A stretch of 58,000 bases of DNA from contig JBKJLC010000026.1 of assembly GCA_046597055.1 (NCBI GenBank), forward strand, positions 1 to 58,000, in the 5' to 3' direction. Under the pieces are notes generated by a model, which did no database searches, was not told where the DNA came from, and saw nothing but the letters and a program-made list of their open reading frames with translations. Shown here piece after piece: positions 49,286 to 58,000 of the stretch. Origin of the DNA: Kofleriaceae bacterium (lineage in GTDB: Bacteria > Myxococcota_A > Polyangia > Haliangiales > Haliangiaceae). Position 1 is the stretch's first letter, and each line of letters starts with the position of its first letter. Both the position numbers and the translations under genes were made by a program.

Positions 49286-52200
49286 GGCTGGTCAAGCTGT
49301 CGGTCCAGCGCTTCCAGTGCATCGAGACCGCCGAGCTCGAGCTGGGCCCGGGCCTCAACGTCCTCTACGGGCCCAACGACCTGGGCAAGTCGAGCCTGGC
49401 CTGGGCGATCCGCGCGGTGCTGCTGCTGCAGCACAGCTCGTCGGTCCACGAGCGGTTCGTGTCGTGGTACGGCGGCGGCGAGCCGCGGGTGGTGCTGACC
49501 CTCGCCGACGACGACGAGCGCTACTGGCGGGTCGCCAAGACCTTCGGCGGCTCGGCCGGCCGCTCGCTGCTCGAGAGCTCCAAGGACGGCACGACCTTCG
49601 TCACCGAGGCCCAGGGCCGCCAGGTCGACGACAAGCTGCGCGAGCTGCTGCGCTGGGGCGTGCCGAAGCCGGGGGGCACCGGCGGCGCGCGCGGGCTGCC
49701 GACCAGCTTCCTGGCCCAGGTGCTGCTCGCCGAGCAAGACGACGTGCGCAAGGTGCTGTTCGGCGGCTCGCTGGCCACCGATGGCGACGAGTCAGGCCGG
49801 CTGCGGCTCACCGAGGCGCTGGGCGCGCTCGCGCAGGATCCGCTGTTCAAGCGCGTGCTCGACGACGCCCAGGCCTGCGTCGACCGCGCGTTCACGCCGA
49901 CCGGGCGCAAGAAGAAGACCGCGGGCTCGCCGTTCACCGACGTGATCCGCCAGCTCAAGGAGCTGCAGGAGCAGCACGCCGACCTCGACGCCAAGGTGAA
50001 GGAGAGCGGCCTCGCCGAGGCCAAGATCCGCGAGCTCATCGCCGAGCGCGACGGCGTCGAGCACAGCTTGCACGAGGCCCGAGCGCTGCTGGCCGCGGGC
50101 CAGCGCCAGCTCGCGGCGCGGATCCAGCACGAGGCGCTCGGTCAGCAGCTGCGCGGCTTCCAGGCCGAGCTCCAGCGCACCGACGAGCTGCAGCAGGCGA
50201 TCGCGGTGGGCGGGCGCGAGCTCGAGCAGCTCGCCGCGTCGAACGCCGCGGACGCGACCGCGATCGCGGCGGCGGGGGCGACCGCGACCGCGGCCGAGGC
50301 CCGGCTCGCCGAGGCTCGAGGGAGTCTCGACGCGCTCGCGCACGGCGACGCGTCCGCCGACCGGACGAAGCTGGCGCTCGAGGCCGAGCAGCAGGCGGTC
50401 CAGGCCCGCGTGCACGCGGCCGAGCGCACGGTCGAGCGCACCGACGACGCGCTCCGGCGGGCCGGGCTCGCGGCGCGCGCGCTCGCGACCGCGGCCGAGG
50501 TGGCCGGGCAGCACGCCGAGACCGCGCGGCAGGCGGAGCAGACGAGCGCCGCGGCGGGGGCCGAGGCGGCGGTGGCCCAGGCCGCGCTCGACCAGGCGCG
50601 CCAGCGGCTGCGCGACCTGGCCAGCGGCGACCGCGCCCAGGCCCGCCAGCTCCGGCAGCAGGAGCTCGCGAACCAGCGCCTGACCCGGGGCGCGGCGCGG
50701 ACCGCGCTCGCGCATGCGCTCGAGCGGACCAGCGCGGTCGGCGCGCTGATCGACAAGGCCCGCGCGGCCGGCGGCGCGCACGCGGCCGCGGCCGCCGCCA
50801 TCACCACGCTGACGACCGCGGTCGCCGCCGACCAGGCCGGCCTGGCCGCGCACGACGGCGCGCTGCGCAGGCTGCGTCAGCTCGAGCAGGCCGGCGCGCT
50901 GCGCCAGGCGCGGGACACGCTCGTCACCGCCCGCCAGGCGGTGGCCGCAGTCGAGGAGGATCGCGGCCGCGCGCGCTTGCTGCGGCAGGAGGTCGTGGCC
51001 CTGCGCGCGAGCCTGCGCGCCGGGCTGCCGCTCGATCGCGACATCGAGGCGCTGCGCCAGCACCGCGACGATCTACGGATCGCGGAGGCGCGGCTCGGTA
51101 GCGTCTCCGTGGTCGTGCGTCCGCGCCGGGCGCTGACCCTGCGCACGACCCGCGACGGTGTGGCCGACCCGGCGCGCACGATCGACGAGTCGACGCCCGT
51201 GAGCGCGCACGAGCTGCTGGTGATCGAGCTCGACGATCTGGTGGCGCTCGAGGTGACCGCGGGCGCCGAGGAGGTCCGGTCGGTCGCCGCCGACCTGCGG
51301 GCGCGCTGGCAGGCGGCCGGCGCGCCGGTGCTGGCCGCCTGCGGCGTCGCGACCGTCGAGCAGCTCGCCGAGCTGCGGCGCGGCGCCGACGGGGTGGGGC
51401 GGACCATCGACGACAAGGAGCGCGAGGCGCGGCTGGTCGACGCGCAGGCCGCGCAGCGCACCGGGCCGAGCGATCTGGCCGCGCTCGAGGCCAGCGTCAC
51501 CGAGCTGGAGGCGGCGCTGGCCGGCGCTGACCTGGCCGCGCTGCTGACCGAGCTCGTCCGGCTGGGCCCGACCTGGGCGGCGACGCTCCGACAGCGCAGC
51601 ACCGCCGCGCAGCGCGAGCGCGAGGCCCACGTCGCCCAGCTCGACCAGCGCCTGGGGCAGCTCGCCCGCGCGGAGGCCCAGCTCGAGGGCCTCGCCCGCG
51701 AGGCCGCGGCGCTCGCGCTCGAAGCGGGCCAGCAGGAGGCCGGGCTCGGTGGCGCCTGGTCGTCGGTCGCCGATCGCGAGCGCACCGCGCTGGCCGCCGC
51801 CGACCGCGCGCTGGCCGAGCTCGATCAGCAGCTCGCCGCGGTCGTGGACGCGGGCGACGAGGCGGAGACCCGCGCCCGCGCCGACGTGGCCGCCCGCGAA
51901 CCGACCGCCGCGGCGGCCCACGCAGCGCGCGAGCGCGCGGCCGCGGTCGCCAGCACCGCCCGTGACGCGGTGGTCGCCGCGACCACGACGCTCGAGGCCG
52001 CGCGCGCCCAGGCCCGGGACCTCGATGGGGAGGGACGGTGGAGCGCGGCGCTGGCCGCGACGGTCCCGCGGCTCGACCTCGGCCCCTGGCAGGACGCGGC
52101 CACGGCGGCGGTCGCCGCGCGTGACGACGCCCACGCCGGGCTCGACCAGGTCCGCCAGCGGCTCGACCAGGCCACCCGCCAGCGCGCCGAGACGATCTCG

Positions 52201-53175
52201 CTCGCGCGCGCCGCGGTGGCGGCCGCCGAGGCGGCGGTGGTGGCGGCCCGGACCACGCTCGACGGTCTGCAGACCCGCGCGCAGCGCGAGCGTGAGCGGC
52301 TCACGCTGCTGCAGATCGAGGTCGCCGAGCGGCGGGTCACGCTGGCCGGCACCGACGTCGACGAGGCGCGCCGCGCGATTCCCGCGCTCACCGCGCAGCG
52401 GCAAGCGCTCGAGGCCGACGCCGCGGCGATCGACCCGGCCGAGGTCGCCCGCCGCGACGCGACCGTGGCCCGGCTCGCCGGCCTGCATCGCGACACCGAG
52501 GACGGTCTGGCCCGGGCCCGGGGCGCGCTCGAGCAGGTCGGCGGCGCGATCGTGCGCGAGCAGCTGCGCGAGCTCGATCAGGCGATCCTGCAGCTGCGCG
52601 ACCGCGAGCGGGGGCTCGAGCTCGAGTTCGACGCCTGGAAGCTGCTGGTCGAGACCCTGCGCGAGACCGAGTCGACCGAGGGCCAGCACCTCGGCCGTGC
52701 CCTCACGGTCCCGGTCAGCCGGCGCTTCAGCCAGCTCACCGGCGGACGCTACGATCACCTGGAGCTGGGCGCGCACCTCGAGGCCGGCGGCCTGCGCGCG
52801 GCCGGCGACGTCCGCGACATCGCGGTGCTGTCGGCCGGCACCCAGGACCAGCTCGCGACCCTGCTGCGCCTGTGCATCGCCGAGCAGCTGCGCAGCGCGA
52901 TCGTCCTCGACGACCACCTGAGCCAGAGCGATCCCGGCCGGATCGCCTGGTTCAACGGCACCCTGCGCACCGCGGCCCAGCAGGTCCAGATCATCTTCAT
53001 CACCTGCCGCCCGCTCGAGCTGCTCGCCGCGGCCGAGTTGCCGGGCGCCGGCGAGGCCCAGCGCACCGGGACCGCCGGCCTCACCCGCGCGGTCGACCTC
53101 GGCCAGGTGATCCGCCGGTTCGCGCCGGATGCGCCGATGGTGGACGCGGCCCGCGCCGGGACGCGCCCGAGGTAG
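49282..53175 (+). CDS. Rad50/SbcC-like ABC ATPase with long coiled coil and no CxxC zinc hook
   Basis: Walker A GPNDLGKS, signature LSAGTQDQ, Walker B IVLDD, FITC. RBS GGAGG and GTGA overlap with the nuclease stop. Confidence 0.92.
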   Translation: MRLVKLSVQRFQCIETAELELGPGLNVLYGPNDLGKSSLAWAIRAVLLLQHSSSVHERFVSWYGGGEPRVVLTLADDDERYWRVAKTFGGSAGRSLLESSKDGTTFVTEAQGRQVDDKLRELLRWGVPKPGGTGGARGLPTSFLAQVLLAEQDDVRKVLFGGSLATDGDESGRLRLTEALGALAQDPLFKRVLDDAQACVDRAFTPTGRKKKTAGSPFTDVIRQLKELQEQHADLDAKVKESGLAEAKIRELIAERDGVEHSLHEARALLAAGQRQLAARIQHEALGQQLRGFQAELQRTDELQQAIAVGGRELEQLAASNAADATAIAAAGATATAAEARLAEARGSLDALAHGDASADRTKLALEAEQQAVQARVHAAERTVERTDDALRRAGLAARALATAAEVAGQHAETARQAEQTSAAAGAEAAVAQAALDQARQRLRDLASGDRAQARQLRQQELANQRLTRGAARTALAHALERTSAVGALIDKARAAGGAHAAAAAAITTLTTAVAADQAGLAAHDGALRRLRQLEQAGALRQARDTLVTARQAVAAVEEDRGRARLLRQEVVALRASLRAGLPLDRDIEALRQHRDDLRIAEARLGSVSVVVRPRRALTLRTTRDGVADPARTIDESTPVSAHELLVIELDDLVALEVTAGAEEVRSVAADLRARWQAAGAPVLAACGVATVEQLAELRRGADGVGRTIDDKEREARLVDAQAAQRTGPSDLAALEASVTELEAALAGADLAALLTELVRLGPTWAATLRQRSTAAQREREAHVAQLDQRLGQLARAEAQLEGLAREAAALALEAGQQEAGLGGAWSSVADRERTALAAADRALAELDQQLAAVVDAGDEAETRARADVAAREPTAAAAHAARERAAAVASTARDAVVAATTTLEAARAQARDLDGEGRWSAALAATVPRLDLGPWQDAATAAVAARDDAHAGLDQVRQRLDQATRQRAETISLARAAVAAAEAAVVAARTTLDGLQTRAQRERERLTLLQIEVAERRVTLAGTDVDEARRAIPALTAQRQALEADAAAIDPAEVARRDATVARLAGLHRDTEDGLARARGALEQVGGAIVREQLRELDQAILQLRDRERGLELEFDAWKLLVETLRETESTEGQHLGRALTVPVSRRFSQLTGGRYDHLELGAHLEAGGLRAAGDVRDIAVLSAGTQDQLATLLRLCIAEQLRSAIVLDDHLSQSDPGRIAWFNGTLRTAAQQVQIIFITCRPLELLAAAELPGAGEAQRTGTAGLTRAVDLGQVIRRFAPDAPMVDAARAGTRPR

Positions 53176-53326
53176 GTGCGAGGGGTAGCACTGGCTGCGC
53201 TTCAGCGCGCCGGCGCATGAGCCAGAACACTACGGCGTGTCGGGGCGCCACAGTGTGCACGTCGGCAGGCCCTGTCATTCCGCCAGCATCGCGCGGGCAC
53301 GCCGCTCGCAATGGATGTGAGGCACC

Positions 53327-54544
53327 TTGCCTCCGCTCACCTACCTGACCCCGACCCTGCCGCTGCTGGTCGCCATGCTCACGGCTGTCGCGGGGTGCGG
53401 CGGCGGGGACGGGGCCGGGGCCGACCAGATCGTCTACGAGCCGTGGGTCGACCCCGGCACCAGCGAGGAGTTCCTCGGCTTCGACGTGCTGCCGGAGCTT
53501 GAGCTGCTGGTCGAGCCCGACGCGGTCGCGGCCCTCGAGCGCAACCCGCGCGCGTACGTGAAGGCGACCATCGTGTTCAAGGGCCAGCGCTTCGGCCCGG
53601 TCGGGCTCAAGGTGAAGGGCCAGAACTCGTTCTTGCCGTTCTCGCAGAAGCCGTCTCTGCGGATCAACGTCGACGAGTACGTCGAGGGCGTGTCGTTCTA
53701 CGGGCTGCGCGACCTCACGCTCAACAACATGAAGAGCGACCCCTCGATGATGCACGAGCGGCTCGCGTACCTGGTCGCCCGCGAGTCGGGGATCCCGGCG
53801 TCGCGCTGCAACCACGCGCTGCTCACGGTCAACGGCCAGTTCTACGGCGTGTACGCCAACGTCGAGACCGTCAAGAAGCGGATGATCGGCGGCTGGTTCG
53901 ACAACAACGATGGTCCGCTGTTCGAGGCGACCGACGTCGACTTCACCGCGCAGTACACCGGCGGCTACCAGCTCGAGTCGGGCCCCGACGACCGCAGCCT
54001 CATCTCCGGCCTGGCCCAGGCGCTGAGCGCGGCAAATCCGGACCAGGCGATCGCCGCGGCCGGCCAGTACGTGGACATCGCGCACTTCCAGCAGTTCTGG
54101 GCGATGGAGTCGATCGTGGGTCAGTTCGACGCCTTCCCGTACAGCCTGCCCGGCGACGACTATTTCCTCTACGCCGATCCGACCAGCAACCAGCTGTGGT
54201 TCATCCCGTGGGGCATGGACGAGACCTTCTTCGCCGCCGACTTCTCGCCGGTCCAGGTCCAGTCAGTGCTCGCCACCACCTGCAAGGCATCGCCAGCCTG
54301 CTACCAGGGCTACGTCGATCGCACCTGGGACCTGCTGGCGATGACCGAGGCGATGGGGCTCGACGCACAGCGCGCGCAGATCGAGACCGCGCTGGCCCCG
54401 CACCTGGCGCGCGACACGCGCAAGCCGCAGACCGCCGCGGTGCTCACCGAGGGCCAGACCCAGCTCGGCTACTTCATCCGCGGCCGCCGCGAGATCCTCA
54501 CCGGGTTCCTGCCGCCGCCGAGCCCTCAGCTCGGCGGCCCGTGA
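53327..54544 (+). CDS. CotH kinase-family lipoprotein
   Basis: Lipobox VAGC, VGLKVKG, LTLNNMKSDPSMMHERLAY, YGVYANVE, FIPWGMDETF. Confidence 0.88.
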   Translation: MPPLTYLTPTLPLLVAMLTAVAGCGGGDGAGADQIVYEPWVDPGTSEEFLGFDVLPELELLVEPDAVAALERNPRAYVKATIVFKGQRFGPVGLKVKGQNSFLPFSQKPSLRINVDEYVEGVSFYGLRDLTLNNMKSDPSMMHERLAYLVARESGIPASRCNHALLTVNGQFYGVYANVETVKKRMIGGWFDNNDGPLFEATDVDFTAQYTGGYQLESGPDDRSLISGLAQALSAANPDQAIAAAGQYVDIAHFQQFWAMESIVGQFDAFPYSLPGDDYFLYADPTSNQLWFIPWGMDETFFAADFSPVQVQSVLATTCKASPACYQGYVDRTWDLLAMTEAMGLDAQRAQIETALAPHLARDTRKPQTAAVLTEGQTQLGYFIRGRREILTGFLPPPSPQLGGP

Positions 54545-54614
54545 GGTTCCGGCCGAGCTGATCCGGTCAGTTCGGCGACGCCTGGGCCCACGGATCCGCG
54601 GGTAGGATGGGCCC

Positions 54615-55619
54615 GTGCTGCCCACGACCAACCAGATGTTCCGGCTCGCCCGACGGCCGGTCGGTGTTCCCACCCGCGACGACTGGAGCCAGACCGAGGC
54701 GCCGGTGACCGCACCCGGGCCCGGCCAGCTGCTGGTCGAGGTGCTCTATCTCTCGCTCGACCCGGCGATGCGCGGCTGGATGAACGACGTGAAGTCGTAC
54801 GTGCCGCCGGTCGCGATCGGCGAGGTCATGCGCGCGCTCGGCGTCGGGCGGGTCATCGCGTCGGAGCATCCCGGGTTCGCCGTCGGCACCCACGTCTCGG
54901 GCGTCTTCGGCGTCCAGCGCTACGCCGTCTCCGACGGCCGGGGCGTGCGCACCGTCGACCCCGCGCTGGCCCCGCTGCCGGTCCACCTCGGCGCGCTCGG
55001 CATGACCGGGCTCACCGCCTACTTCGGCCTGCTCGACGTCGGCCGCCCGAAGGCGGGCGACACCGTCGTCGTCTCCGCCGCGGCCGGCGCGGTCGGCAGC
55101 GTGGTCGGACAGATCGCGCGCATCAAGGGGTGCCGGGTCATCGGCATCGCCGGGGGCCCCGACAAGTGCAAGCTGCTGGTCGACGAGCTCGGCTTCGATG
55201 CCGCCATCGACTACAAGGCCGGCGACATCAAGAAGGCCTTGCGCGGCCATTGCCCCAAGGGCCTCGACGTCTACTTCGACAACGTCGGCGGCGAGATCCT
55301 CGACGCCGCGCTCACCCAGCTGGCCCGGGGCGCCCGCATCGTCGTGTGCGGCGCGATCTCGCAGTACAACAACACCACGCCGGTCCAGGGCCCGAGCAAC
55401 TACCTCTCGCTGCTCGTCAACCGCGCCTCCATGACCGGCATGGTCGTCTTCGACTACGCCGACCGCTACGACGACGCCATCCGCGAGCTCGGCGGCTGGC
55501 TGGTCGCCGGCACCCTGAAGTCGCAGGAGCAGGTCGTCGAGGGGCTCGACACCTTCCCCGACGCCCTCCTTCGCCTCTTCCGCGGCGAGAACACCGGCAA
55601 GCTGGTCCTGAAGGTCTGA
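54615..55619 (+). CDS. NADP-dependent oxidoreductase (prostaglandin reductase/CurA-like MDR)
   Basis: LSLDPAMRGWM, GMTGLTAYFGL, SAAAGAVGS, YFDNVGG, CGAISQYN, NTGKLV. Confidence 0.93.
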   Translation: MLPTTNQMFRLARRPVGVPTRDDWSQTEAPVTAPGPGQLLVEVLYLSLDPAMRGWMNDVKSYVPPVAIGEVMRALGVGRVIASEHPGFAVGTHVSGVFGVQRYAVSDGRGVRTVDPALAPLPVHLGALGMTGLTAYFGLLDVGRPKAGDTVVVSAAAGAVGSVVGQIARIKGCRVIGIAGGPDKCKLLVDELGFDAAIDYKAGDIKKALRGHCPKGLDVYFDNVGGEILDAALTQLARGARIVVCGAISQYNNTTPVQGPSNYLSLLVNRASMTGMVVFDYADRYDDAIRELGGWLVAGTLKSQEQVVEGLDTFPDALLRLFRGENTGKLVLKV

Positions 55620-55632
55620 GCCCGGCCGCGCG

Positions 55633-57687
55633 TCAGTGCGCGGGCGGTGCTGACGACGCGCTCGGATCGACCGGGGCGTCCTTGGGCGGGTAGAAGAACG
55701 ACAGCGGCCGGCGGATGAAGCGGCGCAGCACCGCGCCCACGAGCGTGGTGCGCGCGCTGGCCGGCACGTCGCGGGCGCGCAGCGCGATCACCAGCGCCAG
55801 GAGGAAGCTGACGCCGAAGTTGAGCAGGCCGATCACCGCGATGCCGACGCAGGCCCAGATGATCGGGGTCCAGCCGACCATCTCGGTACCGACCGACGAG
55901 ATCGCCAGCGTCAGCGCGCCGCTCGACAGGGTCACGTGGCGGACGTCGACCGGCAGGCCGAAGAACCGGGCCAGCACCGGGGTCATGCCGAGGAAGATGC
56001 CGAGCGAGACGCTGCCGCCGATGCCGGCGGCGTGGCGCTCGAGGCTCCGGGCGATGCGCGCCATCCGCGGCCGGCCGAACCGCTTGCCGAGCCGGTGGTG
56101 CTCGATCGCCTCGGGCAGCCGGCGGTACACGATCCAGTTCTCGAACCAGCCGGCGACCAGGCTCGACATCCACAGCAGCACGCCGGTGAGCGCGGCGAAC
56201 GCGATCGTCCCCGAGCCCAGCGGATCGAACGACGCGATCACGCCCTTGGCGGTGCCCGGATCGAGGAACGGTTGGCCGGCGATCTGTTGCCAGCCCAGGT
56301 CGAACACCAGCGCCACCACGATCACGGTCCCGACGTTGCCGAGCGCCGCCGCGAACTGCGAGCGGCTGATCCGCGCGATCAGCACGACCAGGTCGTCGAG
56401 GCGATCGGGGCCGGCGCCATCGCGGATGGTGCCGGCCAGCGCGGCCGCGGTCATCGACGGCTGCTTGGTGGCGAGCGTGAACCCGAGGAACTGGATGATG
56501 AGGAAGCTGGCCGCGTAGGCCACCGACGAGAACAGGCCGTCGATGAACAGCGGGAAGTGCTGCCACTTGATGAGGAACTTGGTGATCGCGGTGCCGGCGG
56601 TGACCACGCCGCCGCCGGCGGCTGAGGCCAGCATCTGCCAGTACTCGCGGCGCGACGACGTGACGTAGTGCTCGCCGGTGCGGCCGGCGCGCTCGATCAC
56701 CTTGCGGGCCAGCAGCCGCAGGTTGTCGGACATCAGCTGGCCGAAGCTGCGCTCGCCGACCACGCCGCGGGCCAGCCCGGCGATCAGCTCGCGGATCTCG
56801 GTCGGGTGGGTCTCGCCGCTGGTCGCCAGCGGCAGCAGGGCCTCGATCCGGGTCAACCCGCGCGCGATCGCGTCGAGCGTGTACACGACCTCGACCGAGA
56901 CGCCGAGATCCTCGAGCTCGGCGTGGATGCGCTCGAGCTCGGCGCGGCAGGCGTCGACCAGCAGCGGCAGCGCGGGCAAGGCGGCGCGGCCGAGCTGGAA
57001 GAACGGCGAGTCGTGGACGCTGCGGCCGGTCCGGTGGCTGCGCAGCGCGTCGCCCATACCGAGCGCGGCGATCCGGGTGCTGATCAGGCCGACCGCGTCG
57101 GCGGCCGGGCCATGCAGCGGCACGCCGACCCCGGCCAGGGCGACTCCGAGCCTCCGGATCAGCGGATCGATCTCGGGGCCGATCCATTCGTGGTCGCCGG
57201 CCGCGCGCACGATCCGTCCGGCCAGCTCGGCGAGGTCGTGCTCGTCAGGCGGGGTCGGCAAGAACCGGTCGGCCAGCCGGTCGGTGGTCTCGGCGAACAG
57301 GCCGCGGTCGTTGGGGAGCCCGACCACCGAGAACAGCCGCTCGGCGGTGGTCTCGGCGAACACCGCGCGCAGGCACGCCAGCAGGCGGGCCCGCGCGGCC
57401 GGCACCCGCTCGACCGCGGAGACCACCAGCTCGAGCCGACCGACCGGGCTGGTCGACGGGCCGGCGACGATGAACCGGCCCAGCTGCTCGATCGCGACCA
57501 GCCGATCGGTCAAGGGCGCGTCGGCGTTGCACTTCGCCAGCAGGACCCGCAACAACGTGGCCGCGCGGCCCTCGGGGACCCCGAGCGCCGCCAGGAACTC
57601 GGCGCGGCCGGGGAACGCCTCGTCGGTCTCGGTGGCGAGCCGTCGGCCTGCGTCGTCGGGCCGCGCCCGATGGGGTTCACCGCGCAC
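55633..57687 (-). CDS. Gcr-family ('site-specific recombinase'-annotated) membrane protein; start uncertain
   Basis: LLARKVIE..GEHYVT..SAAGGG, FTLATKQPSMTAA, RSQFAAALGN, DVRHVTLSSG, LNFGVSF; multiple TM helices. Confidence 0.85.
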   Translation of the reverse strand: MRGEPHRARPDDAGRRLATETDEAFPGRAEFLAALGVPEGRAATLLRVLLAKCNADAPLTDRLVAIEQLGRFIVAGPSTSPVGRLELVVSAVERVPAARARLLACLRAVFAETTAERLFSVVGLPNDRGLFAETTDRLADRFLPTPPDEHDLAELAGRIVRAAGDHEWIGPEIDPLIRRLGVALAGVGVPLHGPAADAVGLISTRIAALGMGDALRSHRTGRSVHDSPFFQLGRAALPALPLLVDACRAELERIHAELEDLGVSVEVVYTLDAIARGLTRIEALLPLATSGETHPTEIRELIAGLARGVVGERSFGQLMSDNLRLLARKVIERAGRTGEHYVTSSRREYWQMLASAAGGGVVTAGTAITKFLIKWQHFPLFIDGLFSSVAYAASFLIIQFLGFTLATKQPSMTAAALAGTIRDGAGPDRLDDLVVLIARISRSQFAAALGNVGTVIVVALVFDLGWQQIAGQPFLDPGTAKGVIASFDPLGSGTIAFAALTGVLLWMSSLVAGWFENWIVYRRLPEAIEHHRLGKRFGRPRMARIARSLERHAAGIGGSVSLGIFLGMTPVLARFFGLPVDVRHVTLSSGALTLAISSVGTEMVGWTPIIWACVGIAVIGLLNFGVSFLLALVIALRARDVPASARTTLVGAVLRRFIRRPLSFFYPPKDAPVDPSASSAPPAH

Positions 57688-57748
57688 GAGCCGTGGAACA
57701 TAGCAGAGGCCCTCGCCACGGGTAGCGGCGACCGAGCGGGAGCGGGCC

Positions 57749-58000
57749 TCAGGGATGCAAGACGCAGCCGCCGAGCACCGCACCTTGCCACTTGGCGAGC
57801 ATCGCGGCCTTGAAGTCCGCGAGCGCAAACGTGTGCGAGATGTGGGGCCGCAGCAGGCCGGCTTCGACCCACCGCAGGATCTGGGCCAGCCGCGGCGCGC
57901 GCAGCGATGGTTCATTCACGGTCGCGATCACGGTGGGACAGCCGAGCACGTCGACGCCCTTCATCATGATGAGGTTGGTCGGCAGCACGTTGGCGTTGGG
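57749..58000 (-). CDS. NADPH:quinone oxidoreductase-family protein, C-terminal part (runs off window)
   Basis: LPTNLIMMKGVDVLG..GLLRPHISHTFAL..GGCVLHP, typical of an MDR C-terminus. Confidence 0.75.
   Translation of the reverse strand, partial: PNANVLPTNLIMMKGVDVLGCPTVIATVNEPSLRAPRLAQILRWVEAGLLRPHISHTFALADFKAAMLAKWQGAVLGGCVLHP

Noticed and set aside
55633..57687. Mobile element implied by the 'site-specific recombinase' family name
   Set aside because: No recombinase motifs or att-like repeats; membrane-protein character.

Overview
High-GC bacterial chromosomal DNA, probably Myxococcota (inferred from a MYXO-CTERM protein with myxococcal Cys-rich repeats and many Cys-rich lipoproteins). The left end (0.2-7.5 kb) is a tRNA-Ala(CGC) integration hotspot. 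It holds a ~3.7 kb att-bounded mini-island carrying an intact DarT-DarG toxin-antitoxin/anti-phage pair and a dead tyrosine integrase with visible arm-type-like repeats. After it come a second integrase remnant, two transposase remnants bracketing a JmjC/cupin gene, and a pol-beta-like nucleotidyltransferase. The middle holds accessory and secreted functions: an S1 protease-ricin lectin, a GNAT/hydrolase/diiron/GtrA operon, a CapA-family protein, an LRR lipoprotein, a TSP3/MYXO-CTERM protein, a serpin, a RING/TROVE-like/TerD protein with a strongly structured leader RNA, NAD-glutamate dehydrogenase, YccF, CvfB and several pseudogenes. The right end has a translationally coupled SNF2 helicase - Mre11-like nuclease - hookless Rad50-like ATPase operon, then a CotH kinase, an NADP oxidoreductase, a Gcr-family membrane protein and a partial quinone oxidoreductase. 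The best candidates for undescribed systems are (1) the SNF2-Mre11-Rad50 operon and (2) the RING-TROVE-TerD protein with its Y-RNA-like leader and terminator. Family assignments come from motif recognition by eye; no searches were run.
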